DNA from: Eledone cirrhosa
Lineage: Eukaryota
Assembly (NCBI GenBank): GCA_964016885.1
Contig: OZ024753.1
Location: 558,001 to 622,000 of the forward strand
Length of the DNA stretch: 64,000 nucleotides
Direction: 5' to 3'
The notes below the pieces were generated by a model. The model did no database searches and had not been told where the DNA came from. It was given only the letters and a program-made list of their open reading frames with translations. Shown here one piece after another: positions 61,690-64,000 of this stretch; position 1 is the stretch's first letter, and each line of letters opens with the position of its first letter. Made by a program: the position numbers and the translations under genes.

Positions 61690-62090
61690 TGACCTAATCT
61701 TCAGTCGAGACCAGCCAAGCTCATGGATGATATCCAACCATCTTGCACAGGGTCTACCCCTGGGTCTCCTGCTGGTTGGTTTTGCCCATAAAATCTGTCC
61801 AGCAATTCTTTCCAGAGACATTCTAACCACATGCCCATAGTATCAGAGCTGTGATCTCTCAATTTGGAGAAGTAGTGGCTCTACCTGGAGTGACTTTCTG
61901 TTCTCTGAGCCACGCACTCTATCGAGTAATGTTACTCCAAAGACCCTTCGGAGGAATCCCATTTTGGCCGCTTGCATTCATGATTGTATTCTTTCGGTCA
62001 TTACCCAAGATTCATGACCATAGGTAAGGGTTGGCCTGAATACCGAATTGAAGATAGCGGGTTTGGCTTTTACGCCTACCTCTCTTCTGA
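61690..62090 (-). mobile_element. RTE C-terminal fragment, same family as 43605-44090, collinear
   Basis: PTLTYGHESWVMT...RRPRGRPCARWLD. Confidence 0.78.
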
Positions 62091-62479
62091 TTACTGAAGT
62101 TGGCACATTACTGCACCAGCTCTTGGTAGATGCTTTAAGATAAGTAAAAACTACTGTAACTTTTTTTTCTTTGTGGGTGGGGATGTGAATTAAATCAAGC
62201 CCAGCAATTTGAAGAGCAGGAGTAAAGTCGATTGAATTGACTCCGGTGCATTACTGCTGCTTTATTTATTTTATTGACCCCATAAAGATGAGGAGCAAAG
62301 CGAAACTCGGCGGGATTTGAACTCAGAACGTAAAGGGCTGTAACAGGGTGTCCGACAATAATGATTTCTTCATAATAACAATAGTGATGGTGTCATGATA
62401 AAAACACTGGTAGTTGTGCAACCTTATAATTGCTCCTTTATATGTTAAATCAATTTTTTCTACCTCTTATGTTAAAGCA

Positions 62480-63165
62480 AAAAAAAAAATGTTGAGAACA
62501 ATGGCATTAATGGGACTGGAACCCTCGATGGTGAAGGTATTGCGCCCAACAGATTTGGAGTACCGGTCCGGCTCCAGCAGGTTATTATTCAGCAAAGGAC
62601 CAGCAACCACGACAGAGGGGGAGTAAACCAGTAAATGTTATGGTCATGGACTGTTACTACTTGAGCAATCCTGTAGATGAAAATGAAGTCCTTATCAAAG
62701 GATACCGACAACGAATGCATAAAAAAATGGAGAGAAAGAGGCTTGTTTCAACTCGCAGAACAGAGGTTATGTGACAAAGAAAAAAAAAAAGAAAGAAAAT
62801 TGCCGGTTGACAGAAGTGGAATTTGCAGCTATCAAAAGATGGGTATCAGGAAACAGCAGTGAAAGAAATGGTGAAAATGAAGGTGTTACTGAGGAAAGGG
62901 AAACTACAGCAGAGGATAAGAGTGAAGAGATTTCTGGTAACCCACAGAAAGAAGGTAGAGATGGTTTGTCTAGTTAGAGAAATGTAGATGGTAAGGAAGA
63001 CAATGAAAACATGACAGATGAACAGAAGGTAATGTACAACAGAATACAGGCAAGGTTTACAGGAGGACAACACAAAACTTATTTGCAACCTAAAGGTTGA
63101 TCAATGCAAGCTAAACCAAGAAACATAGAGTGAACAAAGTTCTGAAATGCATCAGAACAAATAAC
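62480..63165 (+). mobile_element. R4/Dong-clade non-LTR retrotransposon N-terminal fragment (decayed)
   Basis: VNVMVMDCYYLSNP...GYRQRMH..WRERGLF..AEQRLCD resembles the conserved R4/Dong N-terminal region; frameshifts and stops. Confidence 0.65.
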
Positions 63166-63191
63166 GCGCGTATGTGTGTGTGTGTGCGTGT

Positions 63192-63250
<59 letters not shown>

Positions 63251-63329
63251 GATAGATAGATAGAGAGAGAGAGAGAGAGTAATAATAAATGTGAAGACTA
63301 AAATTCTTAAACTTTAATCTGTTATTTTA

Positions 63330-63552
63330 ATAATTATTTCTAATTTTGGCACAAGGCCAGACATTTTTTGTTTGGGAGGGGGGATGGGAAGTCAATAAAA
63401 TAGTACTTGACTGGTACTTTATTTTATTGACCCCTGAATGATAAAAGGTAAAGTTGACCTTACTGGGATTTGAACTCAGAATATAGAAAGTCGTAACTAA
63501 ATACCGCAAAGATATTTGTTAGATGCTCTACCGATTCTGCCAATCCACTTTC
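63330..63552 (-). mobile_element. Meta-type tRNA-SINE
   Basis: Homology to 38326-38518. Confidence 0.8.
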
Positions 63553-64000
63553 CTTCAGCTAACATTAATAATAATAATAATAATAATAATCATAATAATG
63601 ATAACATTTATTATTATTGATGCTAGCTGAAGAACAGTAATATTTTTTGTTAACATGCAAGATACAATTTAATAATAGGAAAAATATAAAGAAAGAAACA
63701 TTGCATCAACAATAACAATATCAGACAGAATGAAAGTAACAAAGATTTCTATTGCTGGAGTGCTTGATTGTGGTGATTTCTAGAGAAGCAAATAAGTTTA
63801 GTAGCAAAATATTTTTTATTAGCTGCTGAATAAATAACAAAGAAGTAGCTAAATACTGCTAATGCAGCTGCCTCTAGCAAACCAGACACCAATATTGTAG
63901 CCATTTTGAAATTATAATACCTATTGCATAAAAAAAATAAAAAATAAAAAAGTAAATAAAAAAGCAACCTATTTTACAGTTTATTGACCTTTTTTGGTAC

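Noticed and set aside
60595-63925. AG|GT juxtapositions at ~60603 and ~63920 as recursive splice sites or exons
   Set aside because: Donors (GTACTT, GTATTA) are weak and the following frames show no FERM similarity

Overview
Very AT-rich, repeat-dense eukaryotic DNA. The SINE, RTE and (TA)n landscape fits a coleoid cephalopod, probably an octopod (inferred from repeat families). The only host gene I can reconstruct is the 3' half of a minus-strand FRMD5/FRMD3-like FERM gene. Its exons are 55046-54958 (end of FERM-C), 52769-52692 and 51731-51663 (FERM-adjacent GSRFRFSGR motif), 51197-51106, a candidate 18-nt microexon at 45016-44999, and a terminal exon at 35259-34616 with a C-terminal transmembrane helix. 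All splice phases are compatible. The first 11.7 kb is interrupted (TA)n arrays holding two young, convergent, ~99% identical RTE LINE copies, whose ORF carries a PHD-type zinc finger after the RT core. The rest holds tRNA-SINEs (almost all on the minus strand), TTAA-flanked piggyBac-like MITEs (some nested), minisatellites and decayed RTE, RTE-X and R4/Dong fragments. The most notable signal is about a dozen short, mostly (TA)n-anchored elements carrying minimal type-I hammerhead-ribozyme cores, including U3-A8 variants with stem covariation, together with copy-specific fold-back inversions. These are most consistent with Penelope-like retroelement termini or non-autonomous derivatives. Most long ORFs in the track are microsatellite artefacts.
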